A DNA stretch of 64,000 nucleotides from Candidatus Gastranaerophilales bacterium (GCA_944324405.1 CALUWF010000003.1:8890-72889); one strand, 5' to 3'; positions 8,662 to 18,116 are shown, numbered from the stretch's first letter. The notes: generated by a model from the letters alone, not told the origin. Made by a program: numbers and translations.

Positions 8662-10740
8662 ACTTTCGCCTATTGTATCAATAGCTTCGACTCTTATATC
8701 CGTTATAAGTTCAGAGTATGATATAACGACAATTGTGGGGATATGGCGCTCCAGCATTTGATACAGCGGAAGTCTTATCCTTGGCGAACAAAGGATTACA
8801 GGCTGTGTACCGACTGCCTGCTGGGCGCGCATAAGGGTATTTGCGGTAGATTCAATAAGCTCCTGCACCTGCATTGGGTTGAGCAAAAACATTGTGCCGA
8901 GCTCTGTTCTCTGACAGCTGTCATCAAGCGTTTTTTCCCATTCGCTTGATAACGTAAGGGCATATAAGACTTTTTCTTTATTACAGTGTGCAAGGCAAAT
9001 TTGTCTGCCTAAAGCCGCACGCAGACGCTCTGATAGGATATCAGGTTCTTTTGAAAATCTTGCATAATCACACAATCGCTCAAAAATAAAGATGATATCT
9101 TTAATTGAAACTTTTTCACGAATGAGGTTAACAAAAATTTTCCTCAAATCGCTTGTTGAGATGATAGTTGGAACAAGGTCGTTAACAAGCGTCGGGTCTT
9201 GCGATTTTACAAGCTCCATAAGTTTTAAGACGTCTGTTTTTGTCATAACTTCATCTACATATTTGCGCACACAATCTTGTAAATGGGTTACAATGACATC
9301 GACCGAATCAACAGCCGTTATATTGTCACGTTTGTCAATAAACTGCGGATCAAGCCAGTAAGCTTGTGATTGATAAGTCGGATCAACACTTACTATAGCA
9401 TTTTGAGGCAATTTTTTGCCCAAAGCTTCCCACTGGTCTGCAATTACCATATATTTACCCGGATAGACCATACCCGTTGCGACGGTATTTGAGCGAATGG
9501 CGATTAAATACTCATTATCCGCAATGGCTGATGAATCCATAATTCTTATGTTTGGAATAATATAACCAAGCTCGTCCGTTACCCTCTGTCTTAATGCGGC
9601 AATTTTTGCAAGCAGTTGTCCGTCCTGGTCAGGATCGGCAATAATCAAAAGTCCCGAGCCGACCTGCAAACTCAAAACATCAACCCCTAAACGTTCATAC
9701 ATTTTATTCGGGTTAACAAGGTCTTGCATATTTTGTTTAACAGCATCCAACTGGCCCAATTGAGCCTGAACATCAGCATTAACAAGGACTGAAAAGCCTG
9801 CAAGCGCAATAATTATCGTAAACATTAAAAAAGGCAGCCACGGCAGCCCAGTTATGGGACTTGTAACAGCAATTAAAAGCAAGAAGCCGCATGCAAAAAA
9901 CAAACTCTGCGGTTTTGATAAAATCTGGCTTGCAAGGTCAATACCTAAAGATGAGCCTGTAGCGGTCGAGCGTGTCATAACTATACCTGCTGAAATTGAC
10001 ATCAAAAGAGAAGGAACCTGAGAAGCCAGACCGTCACCTATCGTTAAAATTGTATATTTTGAAACCGCATCCGCCGCGGGCATTCCGTTCATTACAATAC
10101 CGATAATCAAACCGCCCACGATATTTATGACAACAATGATGATACCTGCTATAGTATCACCTTTTACAAATTTCATCGCACCATCCATTGAACCAAAAAG
10201 GGATGATTCTCTTTGCAAATCTTCTCTGCGTCTTACCGCTTCTTCGGGAGATATAAGCCCCGCGTTAAAATCCGCGTCAATTGTCATTTGTTTACCGGGC
10301 ATAGCATCCAATGCAAAACGTGCGGCAACTTCGGCAATACGTTCGGCACCTTTTGTAATTACCATAAACTGTACTACCGTGATAATTAAAAATATAACGC
10401 CGCCCACGACCATATTTCCGCCGGTTACAAAAGAACCGAAAGCATGTATTACCTCGCCTGCGTCCCCTTTCGCCAAAATTAATCGGGTAGAGGCAATTGA
10501 GAGCACAAGACGAAACATTGTGCCTATAAGAATAATGGATGGGAAAGAAGCAAGTTCAAGCGGCTTTTGCACGTAAAGGGAAATCATTAAAAGTACAATG
10601 CCAAGCGTAATATTAAGGCTTATTGAAAAATTTATAACCCAATTTGGCATTTCAATCAGCAATATCAAAATCAAAACGATTACAAATACTGCAAGAAAAA
10701 TTTCACTTATAGGGTTTGATTGTGCGTTTTGTTGTGCCAT
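8650..10740 (-). CDS. flhA: flagellar type III export apparatus protein FlhA
   Basis: 696 aa. The N-terminal polytopic region carries conserved FlhA strings (FPSIILIGTMFRLVLSIASTRLIL, FVTGGNMVVGGVIFLIITVVQFMVITKGAERIAEVAARFALDAMPGKQMTIDAD). A large cytoplasmic C-terminal domain follows. Confidence 0.95.
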   Translation of the reverse strand: MAQQNAQSNPISEIFLAVFVIVLILILLIEMPNWVINFSISLNITLGIVLLMISLYVQKPLELASFPSIILIGTMFRLVLSIASTRLILAKGDAGEVIHAFGSFVTGGNMVVGGVIFLIITVVQFMVITKGAERIAEVAARFALDAMPGKQMTIDADFNAGLISPEEAVRRREDLQRESSLFGSMDGAMKFVKGDTIAGIIIVVINIVGGLIIGIVMNGMPAADAVSKYTILTIGDGLASQVPSLLMSISAGIVMTRSTATGSSLGIDLASQILSKPQSLFFACGFLLLIAVTSPITGLPWLPFLMFTIIIALAGFSVLVNADVQAQLGQLDAVKQNMQDLVNPNKMYERLGVDVLSLQVGSGLLIIADPDQDGQLLAKIAALRQRVTDELGYIIPNIRIMDSSAIADNEYLIAIRSNTVATGMVYPGKYMVIADQWEALGKKLPQNAIVSVDPTYQSQAYWLDPQFIDKRDNITAVDSVDVIVTHLQDCVRKYVDEVMTKTDVLKLMELVKSQDPTLVNDLVPTIISTSDLRKIFVNLIREKVSIKDIIFIFERLCDYARFSKEPDILSERLRAALGRQICLAHCNKEKVLYALTLSSEWEKTLDDSCQRTELGTMFLLNPMQVQELIESTANTLMRAQQAVGTQPVILCSPRIRLPLYQMLERHIPTIVVISYSELITDIRVEAIDTIGESSYV

Positions 10741-10751
10741 CCTTTAGGTTA

Positions 10752-11528
10752 TTATTGACCTCCTTTATAAATACCGAAGGCATTTTGAATTATTTGCAGC
10801 TGTGTTGAAAAATTCGCATCCACCACACCGTTACTTGAAACAACGACGCAGCTTCCTTTTTCAATTGAATCATCCGGTACTATCGCAACTTTTGCGTCTA
10901 ATCTGTTAGTTTGGATTATCTCGGGCAAAGACGCACGTGCGAAATCCGCATCATCGGGCGCCACTTTGATTGTGATTTTCTCATCCGAATTTGTGAGTTC
11001 GCCAAGCACTTCGTTAATGATATTTTTCAACACATCATCCGACAATTCCACTTCTTTTTTAATGATTTTTTTTGCAACTTCAAGAGATATTTCAAGAATG
11101 TGAGGCATAAGCTCGTCATAAATTTCATATTTTGAAGACAAAAAATCCTCAAGTGCCGCTTTTAGCCTTTCCACTTCCTTTTGAGCATTTTCAAGCCCGT
11201 TTTTATAGCCCTCTTTTGCGGCAAGTTCTCTTATGGAGCGGGCTTCTTCCTGTGCACGGGATACAAGCGCACGCTCATCAATCCTCCTGTAGCCTTTTCT
11301 TCTGTCGCCTCTTCGTCTTTCAACTCTTTCCTTGAATTCAATTTCCGAAATGTCTATTTTTTCAAATTCTTCAATCGTATCAAGCTCGGTCTTTTGTTTT
11401 TCTTTTTGTATTTCGGGACTTTTGCTCTGAACCTCTTGCAAAGTCTGCTCCAAAGGCGCATCCAAAATTTGCTGCATGGCAGGTTGTTGTATATTTTCAG
11501 AAGTTTTAAGTTTTCTTTTTATTATCAT
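10752..11528 (-). CDS. fliH: flagellar assembly protein FliH
   Basis: Charged, disordered N-terminus. The central part is FliH/YscL-like (EGYKNGLENAQKEVERLKAAL...ISLEVAKKIIKKEVE). The C-terminal beta domain reads ITIKVAPDD...KGSCVVVSSNGVVDANFSTQLQ. It has a 4-nt ATGA overlap with the upstream gene. Confidence 0.7.
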   Translation of the reverse strand: MIIKRKLKTSENIQQPAMQQILDAPLEQTLQEVQSKSPEIQKEKQKTELDTIEEFEKIDISEIEFKERVERRRGDRRKGYRRIDERALVSRAQEEARSIRELAAKEGYKNGLENAQKEVERLKAALEDFLSSKYEIYDELMPHILEISLEVAKKIIKKEVELSDDVLKNIINEVLGELTNSDEKITIKVAPDDADFARASLPEIIQTNRLDAKVAIVPDDSIEKGSCVVVSSNGVVDANFSTQLQIIQNAFGIYKGGQ

Positions 11529-12466
11529 AGAGTTTTTTCTTCCAGATATTTACAAATTATATTCGCAACTCTCACGGGAATATTCGGCTCGGCAGCACCC
11601 GAGAGGACAAACTCGCGTATCTGCGGGCGCTCGTCTTTAATAATATTAGAAATTTCTTCTTTGTCCGAATTTTTTACAATTTTACATACTTTTCGTGCAA
11701 TTCTTTCAAATGACATACTCTGCGGCTCCGGAAGCGCCTGCTTCATTTCATTCAGGCACCTTTGTGTAATTTTTGTATCTATTTTTGTTTCTAAATCTTT
11801 CATGGATAAATACTGCAAAAGCACCTCCCGCTCGGGCTGGTTGAATTTTGCAAGTATACTTTTTATTTTCTTCTCGGGAAAATTTCTGATTAATAGCGCA
11901 AGGGAGGCCAGTTTGAGTATTTTTGTATCGCTCATATCTGCGCCTATTGCTTCTTTTTCGGCTTCAACTTTTGCCATGGCATCAATATTAGACTGGCTCA
12001 GCGCCTCTTGCTCCGCTTTATCATCCAAGACGCCTTTTTTCTTTAAATCTTCAAGGGCCTGTTTAAAGCAGACATTCACATGGTGTTCCACAAGCGGAAT
12101 AATCTGTTCCGGGGGCATTCTTTTAAGGGTTGCCTGTTTTGCAATTTCAAAAACGGTAAAAGCAACTCTTTGCAATATACCTTCCCTTAAAGAAGGGTCT
12201 ATTTTTGAGCGAATTAAGTCAATTGATTTGTGAAAAGACCATTCACCGATAAACTGGGTTATTAAAGACGCCTGTCCGGCATCGAGATTAATTGTTTCAT
12301 CTTTTATAAGTGCATCGCCCGACAGGAAAGAAAATTTATAGACAATATCCACTACAAATTTTTTGTCAGCCTCGCCAATATCAGACGGAACAACTTGCCC
12401 TGCCTGCGTGGCAAGGTTCTTTGCAAATGCCTTATGGTCAAATCCTTCTATTTTTTTCTCTGTCAT
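11525..12466 (-). CDS. protein in the FliG position; only a short FliG-N-like armadillo segment is recognisable
   Basis: It lies between fliF and fliH. Residues around 180-225 (KILKLASLALLIRNFPEKKIKSILAKFNQPEREVLLQYL) resemble the FliG N-domain. I could not find the EHPQ or M-F-x-F signatures of the FliG middle and C domains. Confidence 0.4.
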   Translation of the reverse strand: MTEKKIEGFDHKAFAKNLATQAGQVVPSDIGEADKKFVVDIVYKFSFLSGDALIKDETINLDAGQASLITQFIGEWSFHKSIDLIRSKIDPSLREGILQRVAFTVFEIAKQATLKRMPPEQIIPLVEHHVNVCFKQALEDLKKKGVLDDKAEQEALSQSNIDAMAKVEAEKEAIGADMSDTKILKLASLALLIRNFPEKKIKSILAKFNQPEREVLLQYLSMKDLETKIDTKITQRCLNEMKQALPEPQSMSFERIARKVCKIVKNSDKEEISNIIKDERPQIREFVLSGAAEPNIPVRVANIICKYLEEKTL

Positions 12467-12496
12467 TTCTCCCCTTAAATAAGTATATCAGGATTT

Positions 12497-14203
12497 TTAA
12501 TTTTCAATCCAGTTTTTTAATTTTTCCGCCGCTTCATTTTCATCAAGCTCGCTAAAATCCATACTTAGCTCATTTAGCACATCTTTTATATCGTCATTTG
12601 TACCATTGTGAGGCTGCGGCTGAGGTGCTGCGGCAGGTGCTGCACCCTGCGAAGCCGCAGCTTGTGCAATTGCCGCCGCATGAAGATTTTGCTGCTCTAT
12701 TAAATTTTGCGCCATTTGTGCCTGTTTTTGGATAAGTTCCGCCGCTTTAAGGTTCACATCATTTAACTGTTTTTCCTGTTCCTGCGCCTTTTTCCTTAAA
12801 AGCGCAAGTTCTTCTTCTTGCCTTTGGGCTTCTTTTTTAACTTTTTGCATAATATGTCTTAGGCCAAAACCAAGTCCCACAAGCAAAAGCGCACCAACAA
12901 CCCACCAAGGATTGCCCGATTCTTCCGGTTTTGGCAGATTAGGCCCCTGATCCGGCGCAAGTATCGGACTGTTTGATTCCACAAAGGCTATTGACACGTT
13001 TTCCGGGTCAACTTTCGGGCTTGCCGCATGGGCTATTAATTCCTTAAGTTCGGATATTGTCATGCTCATAGGGATTGAAGATTCTTCCAAAGATACAGCA
13101 ATTGAAATTTCTTCAATAACGCCTGCCTTCATGTATTCATTCACCTGTGTTTTTGTAACACCGTACTGGGTTTCTTGTGCCTGGCGCACATATTTTCTGT
13201 CTTGCGAACTGTTTGAACCGCTGTTTGGCACGCCAAAAGGTAAATATGTACTTACGGCATTAGTCGCGGAGTTAATATCGTTTGTATTATCGCCGAGTTT
13301 TTCGGTGAAATTTTGTTCGTTTACCGATGTTTTTCTTGTCGGGTCATAAATTATGCTTGTTTTTTCAACAGGTGCCTGAGTCAAAAAGGTAGAAACCGTA
13401 ACTACATAATTACCCTTGCCCACAAGCCTGTCCAACTGTGACGCGACTTTTGACTGCATGTATTTATCGTTTTCTTCAATTTTTGACAGGGCATCGTCAG
13501 AGGCACCTATAATACTGTTGTAAACAGTGCCGTTTGTGTCGGTTATTGAAATGTTATTAGGCTCAAGCCCCTGTACCGCACCCAAAAGCAGATTTGTAAT
13601 CGCTTTTATTTTCATATTGTCAAGGCGCTCGCCCGAAGGCACGGTTACCTGTACGGTTGCAGTTATAGGCTTTTGTTTTGAAGCAAAGAAAGTCTGCTCC
13701 GGAATTGAAATAAATACCTGAGCATTTTCAATGGGAGGAATTTTCCTTATAAGACGTGCAAGTTCGCCGTTAATAGCGCGGACAAGGCGAATTTTTTTAT
13801 CATCTTTTGTGGATGTAAAATCACCTTTGTCAAAAATTTCAAGACCAGTATGCTCATCTATAAGGCCTGATTTTACAATGGCCAAAAGCGCTCTGTCACG
13901 CTCGGACATTGTGTATTCCTGCAAGTATACTGTGGATTTTGTACCGTCCACTTTTCTTTGCGCATGAATTCCCTCGCGCGCAAGAAGCGCCTGCACTTCA
14001 AGCGCCTGCCCGATACTGTCTGTTGTAAAAAGGTCAAGCGGTTCTTTTATGACTTTTTCTTGAACTGCCTGCGGGGTTTTTGATTTGCCTGATGAGGAAA
14101 TAACAGCCGTTAAAGTTATGGCAAACAAAAGGACAACTATCACGATACCCGCAATAATTCCGTAAAAAAGAGGTTTATTTTCCAGTATTTTTTTAAAATC
14201 CAT
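12497..14203 (-). CDS. fliF: flagellar MS-ring protein FliF
   Basis: N-terminal TM (YGIIAGIVIVVLLFAITLTAVI), a YscJ/FliF-like periplasmic region (LEVQALLAREGIHAQRKVDG...YLQ), and a second TM (WWVVGALLLVGLGFGL). The cytoplasmic tail ends in AAEKLKNWIEN. Confidence 0.85.
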   Translation of the reverse strand: MDFKKILENKPLFYGIIAGIVIVVLLFAITLTAVISSSGKSKTPQAVQEKVIKEPLDLFTTDSIGQALEVQALLAREGIHAQRKVDGTKSTVYLQEYTMSERDRALLAIVKSGLIDEHTGLEIFDKGDFTSTKDDKKIRLVRAINGELARLIRKIPPIENAQVFISIPEQTFFASKQKPITATVQVTVPSGERLDNMKIKAITNLLLGAVQGLEPNNISITDTNGTVYNSIIGASDDALSKIEENDKYMQSKVASQLDRLVGKGNYVVTVSTFLTQAPVEKTSIIYDPTRKTSVNEQNFTEKLGDNTNDINSATNAVSTYLPFGVPNSGSNSSQDRKYVRQAQETQYGVTKTQVNEYMKAGVIEEISIAVSLEESSIPMSMTISELKELIAHAASPKVDPENVSIAFVESNSPILAPDQGPNLPKPEESGNPWWVVGALLLVGLGFGLRHIMQKVKKEAQRQEEELALLRKKAQEQEKQLNDVNLKAAELIQKQAQMAQNLIEQQNLHAAAIAQAAASQGAAPAAAPQPQPHNGTNDDIKDVLNELSMDFSELDENEAAEKLKNWIEN

Positions 14204-14268
14204 AACTTATACAACAGGCGATAGTACTATACATTTAATTATACTATTAATTTCCTTAATAGTTAACG

Positions 14269-14601
14269 CTATATCTGAATTTGCATGATTTTTTCATACG
14301 TTTGGACGACTTTACCGAGAACGGTTGTTGCAATATTGACATTTATTTCGGATTTTGCAACTGCGGCCATAACATCATGAACATCTGCTTTTCCGAGCAT
14401 TGCATCTTGGGTCAGCTGCTCGGGCGCATTGACGGTTTGGTTTAATTGCTCGACAAGACCCGTCAAGACGCCGTTAAAGTCGGTTGTTTCCGGTTTTTCA
14501 ACATCATCAAGACGTGCCGATTTAATGCTGCCCGGAGCATCGAGCTTTGAAAACTCCATTCTTTCAAATAAATTAATTTTTGGTGCAATTCCATGTTCCA
14601 T
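14269..14601 (-). CDS. fliE: flagellar hook-basal body complex protein FliE
   Basis: 110 aa. The C-terminal part is FliE-like (DVHDVMAAVAKSEINVNIATTVLGKVVQTYEKIMQIQI). It sits directly upstream of fliF. Confidence 0.75.
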   Translation of the reverse strand: MEHGIAPKINLFERMEFSKLDAPGSIKSARLDDVEKPETTDFNGVLTGLVEQLNQTVNAPEQLTQDAMLGKADVHDVMAAVAKSEINVNIATTVLGKVVQTYEKIMQIQI

Positions 14602-14616
14602 TTATTCAGTCCTTTT

Positions 14617-15279
14617 TTACAAGTATTGGCTTAAAATAGAGCGGACGTAATTTTGAGTTTCTTTATAAGGGGGTACGCCGCCGTATTTTTTAACAGCATT
14701 AGGCCCTGCATTATACGCAGCAAGAGCTAAAATAGTATTTCCGTTAAATCTGTCAAGCATTGATTTTAAATATTTAACACCACCTTCGACATTTTGCACG
14801 GGGTCAAGAGGATTTTTTACCCCAAGACCTTCCGCAGTTGAAGGCATAAGCTGCATAAGGCCCAAAGCTCCTGCGTGGGATTTTGCATTGGGGTTAAAGC
14901 CGGACTCCTGTTTTACAAGAGCGCGCACAAGTTTTTCGTCTATCCCGTATTTTTGAGCTGTTCTGTCTATTAAATTTAAAATTTCGTCTTTTGTGTATTT
15001 TGTTTTTCTTGACAGAGAACCAAAAGGAATTGAGGGCGGTTTATCAATTTCAAAAACACTGCCCGATTCTTCTTTTGTTACTTTTAAAACCTCGTTAAAA
15101 GGCTTAACTGTAGTATTTTGTTTATTATCAACCGGTGTGGGGTAAAGAGCTTCAATATACGAATTAAGCTGTTGTGCACGCATTTTAGCCTGCGCTTCGC
15201 CGCTTGAATTTATATATGATTGAATTTTAGGATTAAACATCGTGTGAAACTTCACCCCCCTAATGGGATTTACGGACAC
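14617..15279 (-). CDS. lytic transglycosylase (SLT domain), flagellar-operon associated
   Basis: The SLT catalytic region is [28 protein letters not shown]...[20 protein letters not shown] start with a GAGG RBS. There is no obvious signal peptide. Confidence 0.85.
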   Translation of the reverse strand: MSVNPIRGVKFHTMFNPKIQSYINSSGEAQAKMRAQQLNSYIEALYPTPVDNKQNTTVKPFNEVLKVTKEESGSVFEIDKPPSIPFGSLSRKTKYTKDEILNLIDRTAQKYGIDEKLVRALVKQESGFNPNAKSHAGALGLMQLMPSTAEGLGVKNPLDPVQNVEGGVKYLKSMLDRFNGNTILALAAYNAGPNAVKKYGGVPPYKETQNYVRSILSQYL

Positions 15280-15361
15280 TGAACCTCAATACTTCAATTA
15301 AACACTGAAATATAAGTATTTTTTCATACAAATTAATGATTTTTTCACACGAGTCAAAAAT

Positions 15362-16867
15362 TTATTGAGGATTGTAATTATACGCCCAGGCAAATTTTTC
15401 ATTTACGCCGTTACGATAACCGCGCTCTACCGCACCTGTTGCAAAAAGATTGTCATAATGGCTTTTTGGAGCATCGTCATCTGAAAAATTCTTGTTTTGC
15501 AGCATTAAATCGTGGGTATTTGTTGAATAATTAAGCGGGAATAAATCGTGCATTTGCATAAACGAGGGAAGCTTTTCCGCCTGTGAATCATAGCCAAAAA
15601 GCGCGGAATTTATCTTATTCATTCTGTCACTATAGCAAATTACACCCTCATCATTATCATCTGATACAACAGGGCCCCAGGCAAAATCACTACACCAAGC
15701 CTGAGAGTGCGCGGAATTTTTAACTTCATCCACACTATTTGCGCCCATCTGGCTTGCCCCTGCATTTACGCCCATGTTTTTATATCTGAGTGAATCTCCT
15801 TCGGCCTTTTCGCCCGAAAAACTTAAGTCATTTCTTCCCGTTCTTACTCTTATTTCATTTAAAATGTAGGCCATCTGATCATAGCTTGGCACAGCACCTA
15901 CTCCCGCGTAGTGTCCCCAGTCATACCCGCCGACATGTTTTAGAGAATCAAAGAAAATTCCGTCAAAGCCAAGTTCAATACCTTTGCAGCAAGCTATAAT
16001 AAACGCTTCAACATGCGCCGGATTATTCCATCTGAATTGGCCGGAGTCGCCTAATTTTAATTGGTCTTCCGAAATTATCATCCTGAAAGATGTTTTAAAA
16101 CCCCGAAGGTGTGCTAAATCGTTAAATGCTTTGATTTGTTCTTCCGGAGTAAATGTTTTATTTCTTATATTTACATGGCCTATATTATCCGATAAACGCT
16201 CGTATTCAAGCTTTATACCATAAAGAGAGTTTTCTCCGTTATTGTTCCAGCCGTCCCCCCAGATATTAGGATATAACTGCGATATTAAAATACAATTTGC
16301 CCATTTGTCATGAGATGGAGGAATGGCGGGAAGCATTTTAATTGCGCCTAAAATTGAACTGTTTGTTCTGTTTCCGTACATTTCGCCAAGTGCACGGTTA
16401 TTTATTTCAATGTAGTTTGCATGCCTGCCCCAATTATCACCGTAGTTCGGAGTTTTTATATTAGATGGGATTTTGTCAGGTATATTTTCTCCATACTGAA
16501 GAGTCATAATTGAATTTATGGCGTCTGACAAATTTCTGTTTAAAAGCTCTTTTGGCTCAACCCCGGCCACCCACCTCTTCTCCGGATGATTAACACCGTG
16601 ATAGATATGCTCAAGCGTCCATCTGTCGGTTTTAATCTTATGGTTTTTTGCCGCATGTGCGTATAAAATCTGAGCCGGGGAGTGTGTCTGGTGTGTTTTT
16701 TTTCTTCTTGCGCCAAAATTTATCCTTGCGCCGTAAATATTGCCCAGAGGAAGCGGGGTAAAATTCGGATTATATGATATAGGTTTTTGGGATGTATTTA
16801 CCTTGTTTGAGGTAAAATTAATCCTTTGATTACCCGATACATTAACACTTTGAATTTTACTTATCAT
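15362..16867 (-). CDS. divergent GH13 (alpha-amylase superfamily)-like protein
   Basis: Region-II-like CCKGIELGFDGIFFDSLKHV (Asp307) parallels ACVELGIDGIRADV in the clearer GH13 at 35023-36801. FRWNNPAHVE parallels FRVWDNEG..NPHL. LSFSGEKAEG and VVSDDNDEG sit where regions III and IV would be. AAGGAG RBS. Confidence 0.4.
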   Translation of the reverse strand: MISKIQSVNVSGNQRINFTSNKVNTSQKPISYNPNFTPLPLGNIYGARINFGARRKKTHQTHSPAQILYAHAAKNHKIKTDRWTLEHIYHGVNHPEKRWVAGVEPKELLNRNLSDAINSIMTLQYGENIPDKIPSNIKTPNYGDNWGRHANYIEINNRALGEMYGNRTNSSILGAIKMLPAIPPSHDKWANCILISQLYPNIWGDGWNNNGENSLYGIKLEYERLSDNIGHVNIRNKTFTPEEQIKAFNDLAHLRGFKTSFRMIISEDQLKLGDSGQFRWNNPAHVEAFIIACCKGIELGFDGIFFDSLKHVGGYDWGHYAGVGAVPSYDQMAYILNEIRVRTGRNDLSFSGEKAEGDSLRYKNMGVNAGASQMGANSVDEVKNSAHSQAWCSDFAWGPVVSDDNDEGVICYSDRMNKINSALFGYDSQAEKLPSFMQMHDLFPLNYSTNTHDLMLQNKNFSDDDAPKSHYDNLFATGAVERGYRNGVNEKFAWAYNYNPQ

Positions 16868-17008
16868 ATCCGCACTCCTTTAGCTATTATACAAAATCGC
16901 TGAAGGAAAAAAATTGATATTATATGGAAAATGTAACAAAAAATTTACAAAAGGCTGCAAGGTCAAAATAGAGTTTGAACATAAAAATTTTTAAAATATA
17001 ATATCCAT

Positions 17009-17512
17009 GTGAGAAATATAACCCAAAATCAAAGAACGGCAATTTACCCCGGAAGCTTTGACCCCGTTACAAAAGGTCATTTGGATGTATTGGAGAGAGC
17101 ATCCAAAATGTTTGACAGGGTTATAATTGCAGTGCTAAAAAATTCGGCTAAAAAATCCTTTTTACCTGTCGAAGACAGGGTAAAGCTCATAAAAGAAAGC
17201 ATTGAAGGACTTGAAAACGTTGAAGTAGACAGTTTTGACGGACTTACAATTGAATATGCGCAATCAAAGGGCGCACATTTTTTAATAAGAGGGCTGCGTG
17301 CGGTGAGCGATTTTGAATATGAACTACAGCTTTGCCAGACAAATGCCGCAATAGCGCCGGATATTGACACTGTTTTTTTAACAACAAAGCCAAAATACAA
17401 CTTTATTTCTTCCGGCATAGTGAAAGAATTATCTTATTTTGGTACAGATGTATCAAAATTTGTACCAAAAAGTGTGGTAGAATATTTACAAAAGCAAAAG
17501 AAAGGTAAATAA
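17009..17512 (+). CDS. coaD: phosphopantetheine adenylyltransferase
   Basis: IYPGSFDPVTKGHLDVLERA (T/HxGH nucleotidyltransferase motif), IRGLRAVSDFEYE, and ISSGIVKE. GTG start in the ORF track. Confidence 0.9.
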   Translation: MRNITQNQRTAIYPGSFDPVTKGHLDVLERASKMFDRVIIAVLKNSAKKSFLPVEDRVKLIKESIEGLENVEVDSFDGLTIEYAQSKGAHFLIRGLRAVSDFEYELQLCQTNAAIAPDIDTVFLTTKPKYNFISSGIVKELSYFGTDVSKFVPKSVVEYLQKQKKGK

Positions 17513-17519
17513 AATAAAA

Positions 17520-18086
17520 ATGTCTCCTTCCGAAGAAAAAATGTACGATTTAATAGACAGATTGAATCAACTCTGGGAAACGGGTTTTCATATTCTGCCT
17601 CCGTTGATTGTTGTAAAAAGCCAGGAACTGTCAAAGATTATTTCAAGCTTTCCTGACGCCATTTCAAATGAAATCAGAGATGCGCATGTCATTTTAAGAA
17701 AAAAAGAAGACATTATTCAAGACGCAAAAATGAAGGCGGAGCGCATTATAGCTGATGCGGAAAATGAAAGACACAGATTTTTAAACGAGTCAAGTCTGAA
17801 TAAAGCTGTTGAAGAAAGAGCAAGAGAAATCCGCGAACAGGTTATTGAAGAATGCGAAGCAATTAAAATGAAAGCATTTAACGAAGCCGAAAGCGCACGT
17901 CTTGCCGCCCAAGAAGAGGCAATTAAAATCAAAGAAGGTGCCCAGCAGTACGCGCAAGAAGTGCTAAACAAACTCGAAGGCGATTTAAAACAGCTTTACC
18001 AGGTTGTTATGAACGGTCAACAGTATTTGGCAGATATGCAGTATCAAAATTCACAGGCATCAAGCCAGCCGAACAAAAGAGATTAA
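17520..18086 (+). CDS. coiled-coil protein of unknown function (ATP-synthase b/V-ATPase G-like composition)
   Basis: 188 aa, 8 nt downstream of coaD. It has a long A/E/K/R-rich helix (AKMKAERIIADAENERHRFL...AREIREQVIEECEAIKMKAFNEAESARLAAQEEAIKIKE). Confidence 0.5.
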   Translation: MSPSEEKMYDLIDRLNQLWETGFHILPPLIVVKSQELSKIISSFPDAISNEIRDAHVILRKKEDIIQDAKMKAERIIADAENERHRFLNESSLNKAVEERAREIREQVIEECEAIKMKAFNEAESARLAAQEEAIKIKEGAQQYAQEVLNKLEGDLKQLYQVVMNGQQYLADMQYQNSQASSQPNKRD

Positions 18087-18115
18087 AAAAAGCCGCTTTT
18101 AAAGCGGCTTTTAAT
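18087..18115. terminator. bidirectional rho-independent terminator between convergent genes
   Basis: Stem AAGCCGC/GCGGCTT (18090-18110), flanked by an A-run upstream and TTTTAATTTTATTTTTTT downstream. U-tracts are therefore available on both strands. Confidence 0.6.
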
Positions 18116-18116
18116 T

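Noticed and set aside
10127-10576. 149-aa plus-strand ORF inside flhA. Similar shadow ORFs occur at 55389-55904, 60167-60577, 43621-44013, 8073-8486, 2878-3243 and 28492-28824.
   Set aside because: All are antisense to, or out of frame within, confidently identified genes. They have Ser/Thr/Ile/Phe-rich nonsense-like composition, and I did not find a convincing RBS for them.
11181-12233. 350-aa plus-strand ORF, the longest ORF without a call
   Set aside because: It lies entirely antisense to fliH and the FliG-slot gene. The translation is low-complexity (F/S/L/C-rich) with no motifs. It is the typical shadow ORF of an AT-rich coding region.
12610-12680. Locally GC-rich stretch inside fliF
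   Set aside because: It encodes an Ala/Pro/Gln-rich linker (AAIAQAAASQGAAPAAAPQPQP) in the cytoplasmic tail. This is a compositional effect of low-complexity protein sequence, not a foreign insert.
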